Positions 9,856 through 18,377 of a DNA stretch of 64,000 nucleotides are shown here, in pieces. The position numbers and the translations under genes are program-made. The notes beneath the pieces were generated by a model that did not search any database, was not told the origin of the DNA, and saw only the letters and a list, made by a program, of their open reading frames with translations. This DNA comes from Candidatus Aceula meridiana (lineage in GTDB: Bacteria; Omnitrophota; Gorgyraeia; Zapsychrales; Aceulaceae), in contig JAVCDE010000033.1 of NCBI GenBank assembly GCA_030765185.1, positions 74,957-138,956 on the forward strand, given 5' to 3'. Within the stretch, counting starts at the first letter, position 1. Each line of letters opens with the position of its first letter.

Positions 9856-10014
9856 TATTTGTTAGAAGTTTAATGATTTAACGAAAAAGCAATACATTTT
9901 TGAGAACCTTCCTTTTAGAGGGTTCCCTTCGTTCGACTACAATCTCGCTTTAAAATTTGATAAATTAAAAACAGATAACGATGCTCACAGGAGCCGTCAA
10001 AGACAACAAAAAGC

Positions 10015-10182
10015 TTAGCGCTTTTTGCTCTTACTTTTACTCTTTTTGCGTCGTTTAATCTCTGAAGGTTTCGCGTAGTAGCGTTTTTCTTTAATCTGCA
10101 TCAAAAAGCCTTCACGCTGACATTGCTTTTTGAAAACTCTAATAGCTTTCTCAAAGCTATCGGTTACTCTTACTTCGGCCAT
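10015..10182 (-). CDS. rpsU: 30S ribosomal protein S21 (not in the supplied ORF track; 55 aa)
   Basis: Minus-strand translation MAEVRVTDSFEKAIRVFKKQCQREGFLMQIKEKRYYAKPSEIKRRKKSKSKSKKR. The pattern (R/K)FK(R/K)xCxxxG...E(V/I)(R/K)x(R/K)xxY(E/A)KP is classic S21. Start at complement 10180-10182, stop TAA at complement 10015-10017. Confidence 0.8.
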   Translation of the reverse strand: MAEVRVTDSFEKAIRVFKKQCQREGFLMQIKEKRYYAKPSEIKRRKKSKSKSKKR

Positions 10183-10383
10183 AAAAAAAATCACCTCTTC
10201 CCTTTTTGGCGTTACTCACTCAAAAACTAACATTAATGAAAGATTTACTATGAACTATCAGGCAACATTTAGACTACCTTTCCCGATGGTTCATCCCGAA
10301 GCCTAAAAGGCCCAGGATCTATTTTCGAAACCTCATTATATTATAGTTTATTAAAATGTAAAGAAGAAAGAAAGGAGAAAATC

Positions 10384-11589
10384 TTACACAGGATCATGAT
10401 GGTCGTATTCTTGGCCGGCGAAGTTTTTAATAGTGTAGCAGCCCTTTTCTTGCCGGATAATGCCGTTTGGCTCAATAGGCACCTTGCCTCCGCCTCCAGG
10501 CAGGTCTACCACATATTTAGGAACCGCATAGCCGGTCGTATGGCCACGTAGCTTATCAATAATGTTAATTCCTACAGAAAGAGGCGTGCGAAAATGGCTT
10601 GAGCCTGCAATCGGGTCACACTGATAAATATAATAAGGGCGTACACGGATTTTTAAAAGCTCTTGCATAAGCTTCTTCATTATATAAGGCTTGTCATTGA
10701 TTCCCTTTAGAAGAACAGTCTGGCTGCCTAAAGGAATGCCATTATCAGCTAAAAGCTCACAGGCAAATTTTACACGCTTAGTAATTTCTTTAGGGTGATT
10801 GAAATGAATGCTCATCCAAATAGGCCCGTATTTCTTAAGCATAGCCACAAACTCTGCCGTAATGCGTTGCGGCAAAGTAACCGGCATGCGTGTACCAATA
10901 CGGATAAATTCTACGTGAGGGATAGCCCTGATATTCTTGATAATTTCCTCTAAAATATGATCACTAAGTATTAAAGGGTCGCCGCCGGAGATAAGAACAT
11001 CGCGTATTTTTTTGTTAGAACGGATATATTCATAAGCAGCCTCATAGCTAGATGCCTTTAGCTTGCGCTTACCCTTAGCAACCATACGTGAACGCGTGCA
11101 ATGCCGACAATACATCGCGCACATCTCACTAACTAAAAACAAAACTCTATCAGGATAGCGATGTACCAATCCGTAAACAGGCGAATGGCTGTCCTCACCA
11201 CAAGGGTCTTCTAGCTCGTGGTCTGAACGGATAAGTTCCTGGCGCAAAGGAATACACTGCCGACGGATAGGACAATTAGGGTCATTAGGGTCTATCAACG
11301 AAGAAAAATACGGAGGAATAGACATTGTTAATTTCTGGCCGGACTTGTCAATTCCTGCAATTTCATCCTCGGTAAGATTAACAATCTGAGAAAGAGTCTC
11401 TTTATCTTTAATGCTATTACGAAGTTGCCAGGCCCAGTCTTCCCAGTCAAAAGGCGTTGCGTTCTCAAAAGAATTAATAACTCTATTTTCTTTCGAAGAA
11501 AGATTAACGCGTAGCGATGCGTTCTTTTCTGATGAAATATTTTCTTGCTCTTGGCTGGTCTGATTAGTAATTTCTTCGATAGGTTTCAT
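10384..11589 (-). CDS. kamA: Radical-SAM lysine 2,3-aminomutase family protein (KamA/YodO-like)
   Basis: 401 aa. CAMYCRHCTRS is the CxxxCxxC radical-SAM motif in KamA context, and the PLP region resembles KamA. The N-terminal ~60 aa is a polar extension. Confidence 0.8.
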   Translation of the reverse strand: MKPIEEITNQTSQEQENISSEKNASLRVNLSSKENRVINSFENATPFDWEDWAWQLRNSIKDKETLSQIVNLTEDEIAGIDKSGQKLTMSIPPYFSSLIDPNDPNCPIRRQCIPLRQELIRSDHELEDPCGEDSHSPVYGLVHRYPDRVLFLVSEMCAMYCRHCTRSRMVAKGKRKLKASSYEAAYEYIRSNKKIRDVLISGGDPLILSDHILEEIIKNIRAIPHVEFIRIGTRMPVTLPQRITAEFVAMLKKYGPIWMSIHFNHPKEITKRVKFACELLADNGIPLGSQTVLLKGINDKPYIMKKLMQELLKIRVRPYYIYQCDPIAGSSHFRTPLSVGINIIDKLRGHTTGYAVPKYVVDLPGGGGKVPIEPNGIIRQEKGCYTIKNFAGQEYDHHDPV

Positions 11590-11592
11590 TTT

Positions 11593-12609
11593 TTAGACTC
11601 CTGCCTCCTGCCTGTCCATGTTTACCCGTCTAAGGCCTTCATTTAAAACACGCAAAACAAGTTTTTCAAAAGGAATCCCTAAAGCATTTGCCGTGCGCCC
11701 GAAAGCATCTTTCTTGGCAAGACATGGCAAAGGGTTAATCTCCAAAACAAAGGGATTTCCTTTTTCATCCACACGAAAATCAACACGCCCAAGGTCGCGG
11801 CAACCAACGGACTTATAAACTTTAACCGCTAATCCTTGTAATTTTTTAGCAAAGTTATTAGGAATTTCTGCTGGACAAATGTATTTAACGCTTTCTGCCG
11901 CAACACGGTCAAATGTATAAAAATCATCTAATAGCTCAAGCTTATCATTAATCTTATACTGGACAACTGGCATAGCTTCCGGAGTCTCATTTCCTAAGAC
12001 CACAACCGTAAACTCAGTTCCCTTGATAAACTGCTCAACCAAAGATGGCTGGTGATAACACTCTGAAATTAAATCCACCTGGCGCCTTAGTCCTTCATAA
12101 TCTTCAACACGTGAAAGAAGACTTATCCCCTTCGACGTTCCTTCGGAACAAGGTTTTACAAACAGCGGAAACCCAATTGTGTTTAGCTCTTTAAGGTCAT
12201 CACCTTCGGATGCAATAAAGAATTTAGCCGTTGGAATTTCGTCTGCAACAAAAATTTTTTTGGCAACAGATTTATCTAGTGTTGCCCCCAAAGTCAACGC
12301 GTCAGAGCCTGTATAAGGAATGCCATGCATTTCAAGCAATATCGGCACCTGAGACTCACGGTTGCGGCCTGATAGCCCTTCAGCAACATTAAAAACAATA
12401 TCAACTCCCAGATTACTAATTTGAGCTAAAAGCTCCCGCGCGCCGCCTATCTTCTTGACTTGATGCCCGCCCGACTCAAGAGCGCTCACGATTTCGTCAA
12501 TAGTCGCAGCAGGATCAAATTCCGCGTTCGCGTCCAGCGTCTGCCCAGGCTGAATCGGCCAAGCTTCTTTTGAATCATATGTTAAACCAATTATTTTTCC
12601 CATGGACAA
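11593..12609 (-). CDS. D-alanine--D-alanine ligase-like ATP-grasp enzyme (Ddl family; substrate uncertain)
   Basis: 338 aa. Central and C-terminal regions are Ddl-like (…HGIPYTGS…, FPLFVKPCSEGTSKGIS, VDFRVDEKGNPFVLEINPLP). The N-terminal domain diverges from canonical Ddl. It starts 3 nt after kamA. Confidence 0.7.
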   Translation of the reverse strand: MSMGKIIGLTYDSKEAWPIQPGQTLDANAEFDPAATIDEIVSALESGGHQVKKIGGARELLAQISNLGVDIVFNVAEGLSGRNRESQVPILLEMHGIPYTGSDALTLGATLDKSVAKKIFVADEIPTAKFFIASEGDDLKELNTIGFPLFVKPCSEGTSKGISLLSRVEDYEGLRRQVDLISECYHQPSLVEQFIKGTEFTVVVLGNETPEAMPVVQYKINDKLELLDDFYTFDRVAAESVKYICPAEIPNNFAKKLQGLAVKVYKSVGCRDLGRVDFRVDEKGNPFVLEINPLPCLAKKDAFGRTANALGIPFEKLVLRVLNEGLRRVNMDRQEAGV

Positions 12610-12825
12610 AAAATAAAGACCATCCCTTTAAAAAGATAGTCTTCTCCTGTTCTTATTTTTTTTCTTATAGATAAGATTGTCAATAAAATTCTCCCGACAT
12701 CACCCGCCACATTTCATAAATCCAATTCATTCCACACATGCGGTCTCCTCAAAAATTTCTTTATTCAATTTTTTTAACATACCCATGAAGCGTTGTCAAT
12801 ATTTTTGAAAAATATCGCTAACCCC

Positions 12826-14103
12826 TTACAAAAGCGCATTCGGGTAAAGAATAGAAAAAACAACCATCAAGATTGTCAATATAATGATAAGAGCCACCGT
12901 CAACCATGTGACGACATTAACAAACTTGTTATTAACAAATTCTCCCATCAAATTCTTATCATTAATCAAAAGAAGCATAAAAATCAAAATAACGGGAAGC
13001 AAGATGCCGTTTCCAACCTGAGAAAAATACATAATTTTAAGAAGCGGGAAGTTCGGCAAAAGGACAACACCGGCACCGATAACAATCAGCGCGGTATAAA
13101 GGCCAAAAAACTGCGGAGCTTCTTCAAAACGTTTATCTACCCCGGTATCCCATCCCATGCCCTCGCAAATACAATATGCCGTCGACAAAGGTAAAACAGA
13201 TGCCGCAAAAATAGAAGCATTAAAAAGTCCAAACGCAAAAAGCCACTTAGCGTTCTTTCCTGCCAAAGGCTCAAGGGCAATGGCCGCATCTTTCGCGGTC
13301 TCAATAGTAATGCCAGCCTTAAAAAGTGTAGCCGCGCATGCCACCACAATAAAAAATGCAACCACAGGAGCGATAATGCTTCCTCCAATTACGTCCAGGC
13401 GTACATGCTTATATTCTTCAACGCTAATTCCTTTATCAACAATAGATGACTGCAAATAAAACTGCATCCAAGGAGCAATAGTTGTTCCGATAATGCCGAT
13501 CAGCATCACAGAATATTTAAAATCAAAATCAATCTGCGGAGTCACGGTTTGACGAAAAACTTCAGTCCACTCAGGCTTCGCGATAAACCCGGAAAAAACA
13601 TATGTAACATAAAAAAGGCACGCCGTTAAAAATATCTTCTCTACAGACTTATACGTGCCTTTAACCACAAGCATCCAGACAAACAGCGCCGAAAGCGGAA
13701 CAGAAATGAGCTTATTAATATGAAAAATCTCAAGACTCGCAGCCACCCCTGCAAATTCTGCCATTACGTTCAAAAGATTCACAAACAACAGCGCCACCAT
13801 AAGATAAAATGTAAGCTTAACGCCAAAATTCTCGCGGATAAGATCTGCCAACCCTTTGCCCGTTGCCACAGCCATACGCGCGCACATCTCTTGGATAATA
13901 ACCAAGGCAAGCGTAATCGGGACAAGCGACCATAATAAAGTGTAACCAAAATGTGCACCAGCCAATGAATACGTAGCAATGCCTCCGGCATCATTGTCAA
14001 CATTCGCCGTAATAATGCCAGGGCCCATAATCGCCAAGAATAAAAATAGACTTGCGACAAATCGATTTTCTTTGATTTTTTCTTTTATCTTTGTCCAAGT
14101 CAT
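12826..14103 (-). CDS. mntH: NRAMP-family divalent metal (Mn2+/Fe2+) transporter
   Basis: 425 aa, polytopic. N-terminal ...GPGIITANVDNDAGGIATYSLAGA... is the NRAMP signature region. Confidence 0.85.
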   Translation of the reverse strand: MTWTKIKEKIKENRFVASLFLFLAIMGPGIITANVDNDAGGIATYSLAGAHFGYTLLWSLVPITLALVIIQEMCARMAVATGKGLADLIRENFGVKLTFYLMVALLFVNLLNVMAEFAGVAASLEIFHINKLISVPLSALFVWMLVVKGTYKSVEKIFLTACLFYVTYVFSGFIAKPEWTEVFRQTVTPQIDFDFKYSVMLIGIIGTTIAPWMQFYLQSSIVDKGISVEEYKHVRLDVIGGSIIAPVVAFFIVVACAATLFKAGITIETAKDAAIALEPLAGKNAKWLFAFGLFNASIFAASVLPLSTAYCICEGMGWDTGVDKRFEEAPQFFGLYTALIVIGAGVVLLPNFPLLKIMYFSQVGNGILLPVILIFMLLLINDKNLMGEFVNNKFVNVVTWLTVALIIILTILMVVFSILYPNALL

Positions 14104-15389
14104 TACAACTTCTCCTTATATTTACCCCAAGCAATGGTAATAAGTTCCTCTAAAACGTCGTCGATGGTGATGACACCTTTTAAGACATCATTTTCATCTA
14201 GAACAGGAATAGCTGAAAAACGGTACTTCTCAAGCAAAAGGGCAATCTCTTCCATGCCGTCATCAGTGCGGACAAAAATCTTTTTAGGATAGCAGGTCTC
14301 TTCAATCGGTGTATAGCTTGGCGCAGTGATAAATCTTCTTAAAGATGTCGAGCCTATTAAGCGCCGCTGATCATCGATAACATAAATATGATAAATATTT
14401 GCAGAAGATTGTGCGTTTTCTTCGACGAGCTTCATAGCGTCCTTAGCTGTCGCATTTTGAGGTAAATAAAGATATTCTGTTGTCATCAAGCCACCGGCAG
14501 AATCTCTTTCAAACCCAAGAAGTTCGCGCAACTTCTTTGATTTCTTTGTGCTGATGGTGCGCATCAATTCGATAGTTTTTTCTTTGGGAAGGGTGAGCAG
14601 AAGGTCAACCGCATCATCAGACGGAATATTCTCTAAAAGTTCGCCCGCCTCTTTTTCAGCCATTTGATCAACAATTTCCTCCTGTTCAGATGTCGACAAG
14701 TCAGAAAAAACTTTTCGCTGCAAAGGGGTCTCTAGGGATTTAAAAAGCGAGTATTTCTCAAAAATATCCAAGTCCTCCATGATCTCGGCCAGTTCTGCCG
14801 GAGGAATTTGAGAAAGCTTTTCACGACCGATATTAAGACGTAAAACGTTTTTGGTGCGGCCTAGGGTTAGGACCTGCGTGTTTTTCCAAGGGATAAAATC
14901 TTCGTGTGTTAAATATACTGCACGGTCAGAAAAGAAGCGGACGATGCCATCAACTACCATTGACCAGCCCAAGCGACGAACCAAACCTCTCAAGCCAACA
15001 TCCACATGAGCTAAATAAAGACAATTATCAACTTTTAAGAAATTAATGTCATTAACGCGGACAACTTTTTGATCGTCGATGTCAACGACCTGCTGGTCTA
15101 AAACGTCGGCGCAGAGCGTAAGCTCATATTGCGGTCTGTCTTTTTGAAAAATAACTTTATGATGTGGGAGCTTAGCTTTAAAAGTACCGTTAAATTCTTC
15201 AATTGCGTCCCAAGAAATTTCTGCAAATTTTTTCTTTAAAAAACCTTTTTTTACAACTAAAAAGCAAGACTTCGGGTAAACATCGCTACCAACCTTCATC
15301 CCGATATCACACAGTCTTCCCACATAGCCACCGTTTTCATCGGTCACCTTTTTTCCAAGAATTTCTGAAAAAAAGATAAATAGGTCCAT
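14103..15389 (-). CDS. Soluble protein with two PRC-barrel-like repeats, an MgtE N-terminal domain and a CBS pair (MgtE cytoplasmic sensor module without a pore)
   Basis: 428 aa with no hydrophobic stretch. The N-terminal repeats resemble PRC barrels. The acidic helical segment (PPAELAEIMEDLD...DDAVDLLLTLP) resembles MgtE_N. The C-terminus has two CBS-like units (…IYHIYVIDDQRRLIGSTS…, …FSAIPVLDENDVLKGVITIDDVLEEL). Its stop TAA overlaps the NRAMP start (TAATG). Confidence 0.65.
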   Translation of the reverse strand: MDLFIFFSEILGKKVTDENGGYVGRLCDIGMKVGSDVYPKSCFLVVKKGFLKKKFAEISWDAIEEFNGTFKAKLPHHKVIFQKDRPQYELTLCADVLDQQVVDIDDQKVVRVNDINFLKVDNCLYLAHVDVGLRGLVRRLGWSMVVDGIVRFFSDRAVYLTHEDFIPWKNTQVLTLGRTKNVLRLNIGREKLSQIPPAELAEIMEDLDIFEKYSLFKSLETPLQRKVFSDLSTSEQEEIVDQMAEKEAGELLENIPSDDAVDLLLTLPKEKTIELMRTISTKKSKKLRELLGFERDSAGGLMTTEYLYLPQNATAKDAMKLVEENAQSSANIYHIYVIDDQRRLIGSTSLRRFITAPSYTPIEETCYPKKIFVRTDDGMEEIALLLEKYRFSAIPVLDENDVLKGVITIDDVLEELITIAWGKYKEKL

Positions 15390-15408
15390 AATTATTTAAG
15401 CTAAGCTT

Positions 15409-16077
15409 TCATCTTGTTGTTGTTACATTTTTCTTTGGGCACATCTTTTCAATAGCGCATTGCGAACACCTTGGGGACAAAGGACGACAAATATTCTGCC
15501 CCCACATCACAAGTAACGCATTATACTCTACCCAGAACTCTTTAGGCAATTTTTTTCTTAACGCCCACTCTGTTTCCTCCGGCGTCTTGGTTTTAACATA
15601 TCCTAAGCGGTTCGAAATACGATGCACATGCGTATCAACGCAAATTCCAGGTTTGCCAAAACCTTCAATCAAAACAAGATTCGCGGTCTTTCGCCCAACG
15701 CCTCTAAAGGTTAAAAGCGTATCGATCTCATCAGGAACTTTTCCGTTAAAATTCTTCAAAAGGCTTTTGCAGATACCTTTGATGTTGCGCGCTTTGGTCT
15801 TATAAAATCCAACCGGATAAATAGCTTTTTCAATCTGTCTAACCGTTAGCTTATCAATTGTTTTAGGCGTGTCCCCTAATCGAAATAGCCTCTCCGACGC
15901 TGGAATCGTTGTTTCGTCCTTAGTCCTCAAGCTCAACAAACACGAAACCAGAACTAAAAATGGGCTATGCCATCTTTTGCCAACCATTGTAACTGATGGA
16001 TCGCTAAAACTTTTAACCGCTATGCGCAAGTTTTTAACGATTCCTTTAATCCATTTTTCTTCTGCGGCCTGCACCAT
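15409..16077 (-). CDS. nth: Endonuclease III (HhH-GPD DNA glycosylase with a 4Fe-4S cluster)
   Basis: HhH-GPD region (…LLTFRGVGRKTANLV…) plus C-terminal CRPLSPRCSQCAIEKMC (Cx6Cx2Cx5C). The track ORF starts at 16128. An internal Met at 16077 avoids a 50-nt overlap with the upstream gene and is preferred. Confidence 0.85.
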   Translation of the reverse strand: MVQAAEEKWIKGIVKNLRIAVKSFSDPSVTMVGKRWHSPFLVLVSCLLSLRTKDETTIPASERLFRLGDTPKTIDKLTVRQIEKAIYPVGFYKTKARNIKGICKSLLKNFNGKVPDEIDTLLTFRGVGRKTANLVLIEGFGKPGICVDTHVHRISNRLGYVKTKTPEETEWALRKKLPKEFWVEYNALLVMWGQNICRPLSPRCSQCAIEKMCPKKNVTTTR

Positions 16078-16078
16078 G

Positions 16079-16744
16079 CTAAACCTTTTTCCAAAGAGCT
16101 TTAGGGATGCCAATGTCTGCGACAACAACCCTGCCGGAAAACTTTGTCCCCTGATTCTTTGAAAATCCTTTTTTCAGTACTGCAAATGTTATTGTTTGCG
16201 TAGCTTTAACGCATACGCCGAAGATTTTTCCTGTTGTAGAATCAAGACCTGATGGGACATCTACAGCAACAACCTTCTTCTTAGCTTTATTAATCGACTC
16301 AATAATTCCTTTGTAAGGCTCACCAATATCCCGGTTAAGACCAATTCCAAAAATCGCGTCTACAATCAGCTCGGATTTCTTAATATTTCTTAAAACCTCG
16401 AAATTTACACCCTTGATGCTTTTTATCGGGCACTTTAATTTCTTTAAAATTTTATAATTTAAAAGCGGGTCGTTTTTTAATTTCGCTATGCTGCCAATTA
16501 GAAAAACTTTGACCTTAAGTCCTTCATTAAAAAGATGCCGCGCCACAACAAACCCATCACCGCCGTTATTGCCTTGTCCACAAAAAACACAAACGCGCTT
16601 TCCTTCTGCCTTCTTTAAAATTTTGGCGCAAGCCTCAGCAGCCAGCCTCCCTGCATTTTCCATCAAAACAATCGATGGAATTCCAAGGCCGTCAATAACC
16701 AACGTATCAAGCTTTTGTGATTGAGCTGCTGTGAAAAATTTCAT
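16079..16744 (-). CDS. nnrE: NAD(P)H-hydrate epimerase (YjeF N-terminal domain protein)
   Basis: 221 aa. …LMENAGRLAAE…VFCGQGNNGGDGFVVARHL… is the YjeF_N signature. Confidence 0.75.
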   Translation of the reverse strand: MKFFTAAQSQKLDTLVIDGLGIPSIVLMENAGRLAAEACAKILKKAEGKRVCVFCGQGNNGGDGFVVARHLFNEGLKVKVFLIGSIAKLKNDPLLNYKILKKLKCPIKSIKGVNFEVLRNIKKSELIVDAIFGIGLNRDIGEPYKGIIESINKAKKKVVAVDVPSGLDSTTGKIFGVCVKATQTITFAVLKKGFSKNQGTKFSGRVVVADIGIPKALWKKV

Positions 16745-16835
16745 TTCTAATTAGTATATATATAAATATAAAATAGACTACTGGGTTATAGCATATTTTA
16801 AACAGTGAGGCAATTAAGAATAATTTAAGGAAGGC

Positions 16836-17075
16836 TTAGTTGGCAAGCATGCTTAATTGCTCTTCTTCTGGAATCTCAAGCATACTATAAAAATTTGCAA
16901 TCGGGGTAATGTTAATAATAACAGGAATAAATCCCTGGATTTGCGCAGGATCAATACCTTGCAGGCCTTGAGGCATCTCGAACTCAATAGCCTCGCCTTG
17001 AATATCCATGTCTAAATTTGCAGAGTCAAGGTCGATACCACCCTTCAGATCTTGTCCTGAGTCTATAGTAAGCAT
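16836..17075 (-). CDS. Hypothetical small acidic protein (may be spurious)
   Basis: 79-aa ORF in a 400-nt gap between era and nnrE, acidic and low complexity. No motif recognised. Only ORF length and position support it. Confidence 0.2.
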   Translation of the reverse strand: MLTIDSGQDLKGGIDLDSANLDMDIQGEAIEFEMPQGLQGIDPAQIQGFIPVIINITPIANFYSMLEIPEEEQLSMLAN

Positions 17076-17170
17076 AGAACATCTATAAGAAGAATATAAG
17101 GGGATACGGGTGATTTTGGGAAAGCGTTTTCCTGGGGAAGGAAATAGTAAAACTAAAGAGAGTTTCTCCC

Positions 17171-18091
17171 TTAGCCTACATATCCTAAATCTTGCAAAAT
17201 TGAAGTTTTTTCACGCCACTTCTTTGAGACTTTAACATAAAGATCTACAAAAACTCTTCGCTCTAATAATTCTTCGAGCTCTTTGCGTGCTAAAGTGCCG
17301 ACATCTTTTAAATTCTTACCCTTCTTGCCGATGACAATTTCTTTTTGCGATTCAGACTCAACAAGAATTCTTGCGCTAATATAGGTCAGTTTATTGCGCC
17401 TACGTGCCATCTCTTCAACTTCAACGGCTAAAGAATAAGGAATTTCATCACGTACAATGCTTAATAATTTCTCGCGAATAATGTCCGATACAGCCATTTT
17501 TTGAGGAACATCACAAACTGTATCTGCAGGATAAAGTAACTCACCTTCTGGCAGCCGCTCGAAAACAAGGTCAATCAGCTTATCAAGATTATTTTCTGTC
17601 TCGCCGGAAAGAGGCAAAATAACAAATCTTTTGTCATTGTTAAACTTCTCCCCTAATTTTTCTTGATATGCATTAATATACTCATGCGCACATTTTCCCT
17701 TTAAATCAATCTTGTTTAACCCAAGAATAAGTGGGCACTTTATTTCGCTTAAACGTTCTAGAATCATCTGTTCTTCTTCGCCAAAAGTTTTATTAGCATC
17801 GACTAGATGAATAACGCAGTCAACTTCCTCTACCGTAGAAAAAGAAACCTGTTTCATGCATTGATCCATATGGTCTTTTCCGCGTACTAGCCCCGGCGTA
17901 TCGATAAAAATAATTTGCCCTCTCTCATCGGTATAAACCCCACGGATACGATTACGCGTTGTCTGCGGAATGCTTGAGACAATTGCGATCTTTTCTCCGA
18001 CGAGGCCGTTGACCAGCGTTGATTTGCCAACGTTGGGCCGGCCAACCACGGAGATAAATCCACATCGAGTTTTATTCTCGGTTTCTTTATT
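17171..18091 (-). CDS. era: GTPase Era
   Basis: GFISVVGRPNVGKSTLVN G1 motif, a DTPG motif, and a C-terminal KH domain. The start was moved to the Met of MNKETENK… to avoid a long overlap. Confidence 0.9.
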   Translation of the reverse strand, partial: NKETENKTRCGFISVVGRPNVGKSTLVNGLVGEKIAIVSSIPQTTRNRIRGVYTDERGQIIFIDTPGLVRGKDHMDQCMKQVSFSTVEEVDCVIHLVDANKTFGEEEQMILERLSEIKCPLILGLNKIDLKGKCAHEYINAYQEKLGEKFNNDKRFVILPLSGETENNLDKLIDLVFERLPEGELLYPADTVCDVPQKMAVSDIIREKLLSIVRDEIPYSLAVEVEEMARRRNKLTYISARILVESESQKEIVIGKKGKNLKDVGTLARKELEELLERRVFVDLYVKVSKKWREKTSILQDLGYVG

Positions 18092-18377
18092 CATTTGATC
18101 CTCTCTGATACAAAACAACGAAAAAAACAACAAGGGAAAACATCACCAAATTAACAATGTTAAAAACCTTCCAGACAATATCCTCTGAGACAAACCCAGA
18201 GGGCGCCATTAAAATAAGACAAGCAAAAACACCCAAGGCCCACCATAGACTAATGTCTTTAGACGACTTCCTTTTAATCATTCTTGCAATTAACGGAATA
18301 TTCCAAAGCGGCAATATCACTGCCGCAAACAAACCTATCTTTGAGAAAAGTTCTTTAAACATATTATCAGCACACAA
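18087..18377 (-). CDS. Small 3-TM membrane protein, PQ-loop/SemiSWEET-like
   Basis: About 90 aa with three hydrophobic segments. The first is followed by PLWNIPLIARMIKRKSSKDIS, which resembles the PQ-loop motif of the MtN3/SemiSWEET and LAB_N families. The true start is probably MFKELFSK (18362). Confidence 0.35.
   Translation of the reverse strand: MCADNMFKELFSKIGLFAAVILPLWNIPLIARMIKRKSSKDISLWWALGVFACLILMAPSGFVSEDIVWKVFNIVNLVMFSLVVFFVVLYQRGSNE

Noticed and set aside
9856-10014. Possible ZTP (pfl) or purine riboswitch in the 159-nt leader of purH.
   Set aside because: Conserved ZTP (GGGUCG…UGGCG…CCGGG…CGCCUGGGC) and purine-riboswitch core sequences were not found by eye. Only a small GAACC…GGTTC stem is present.
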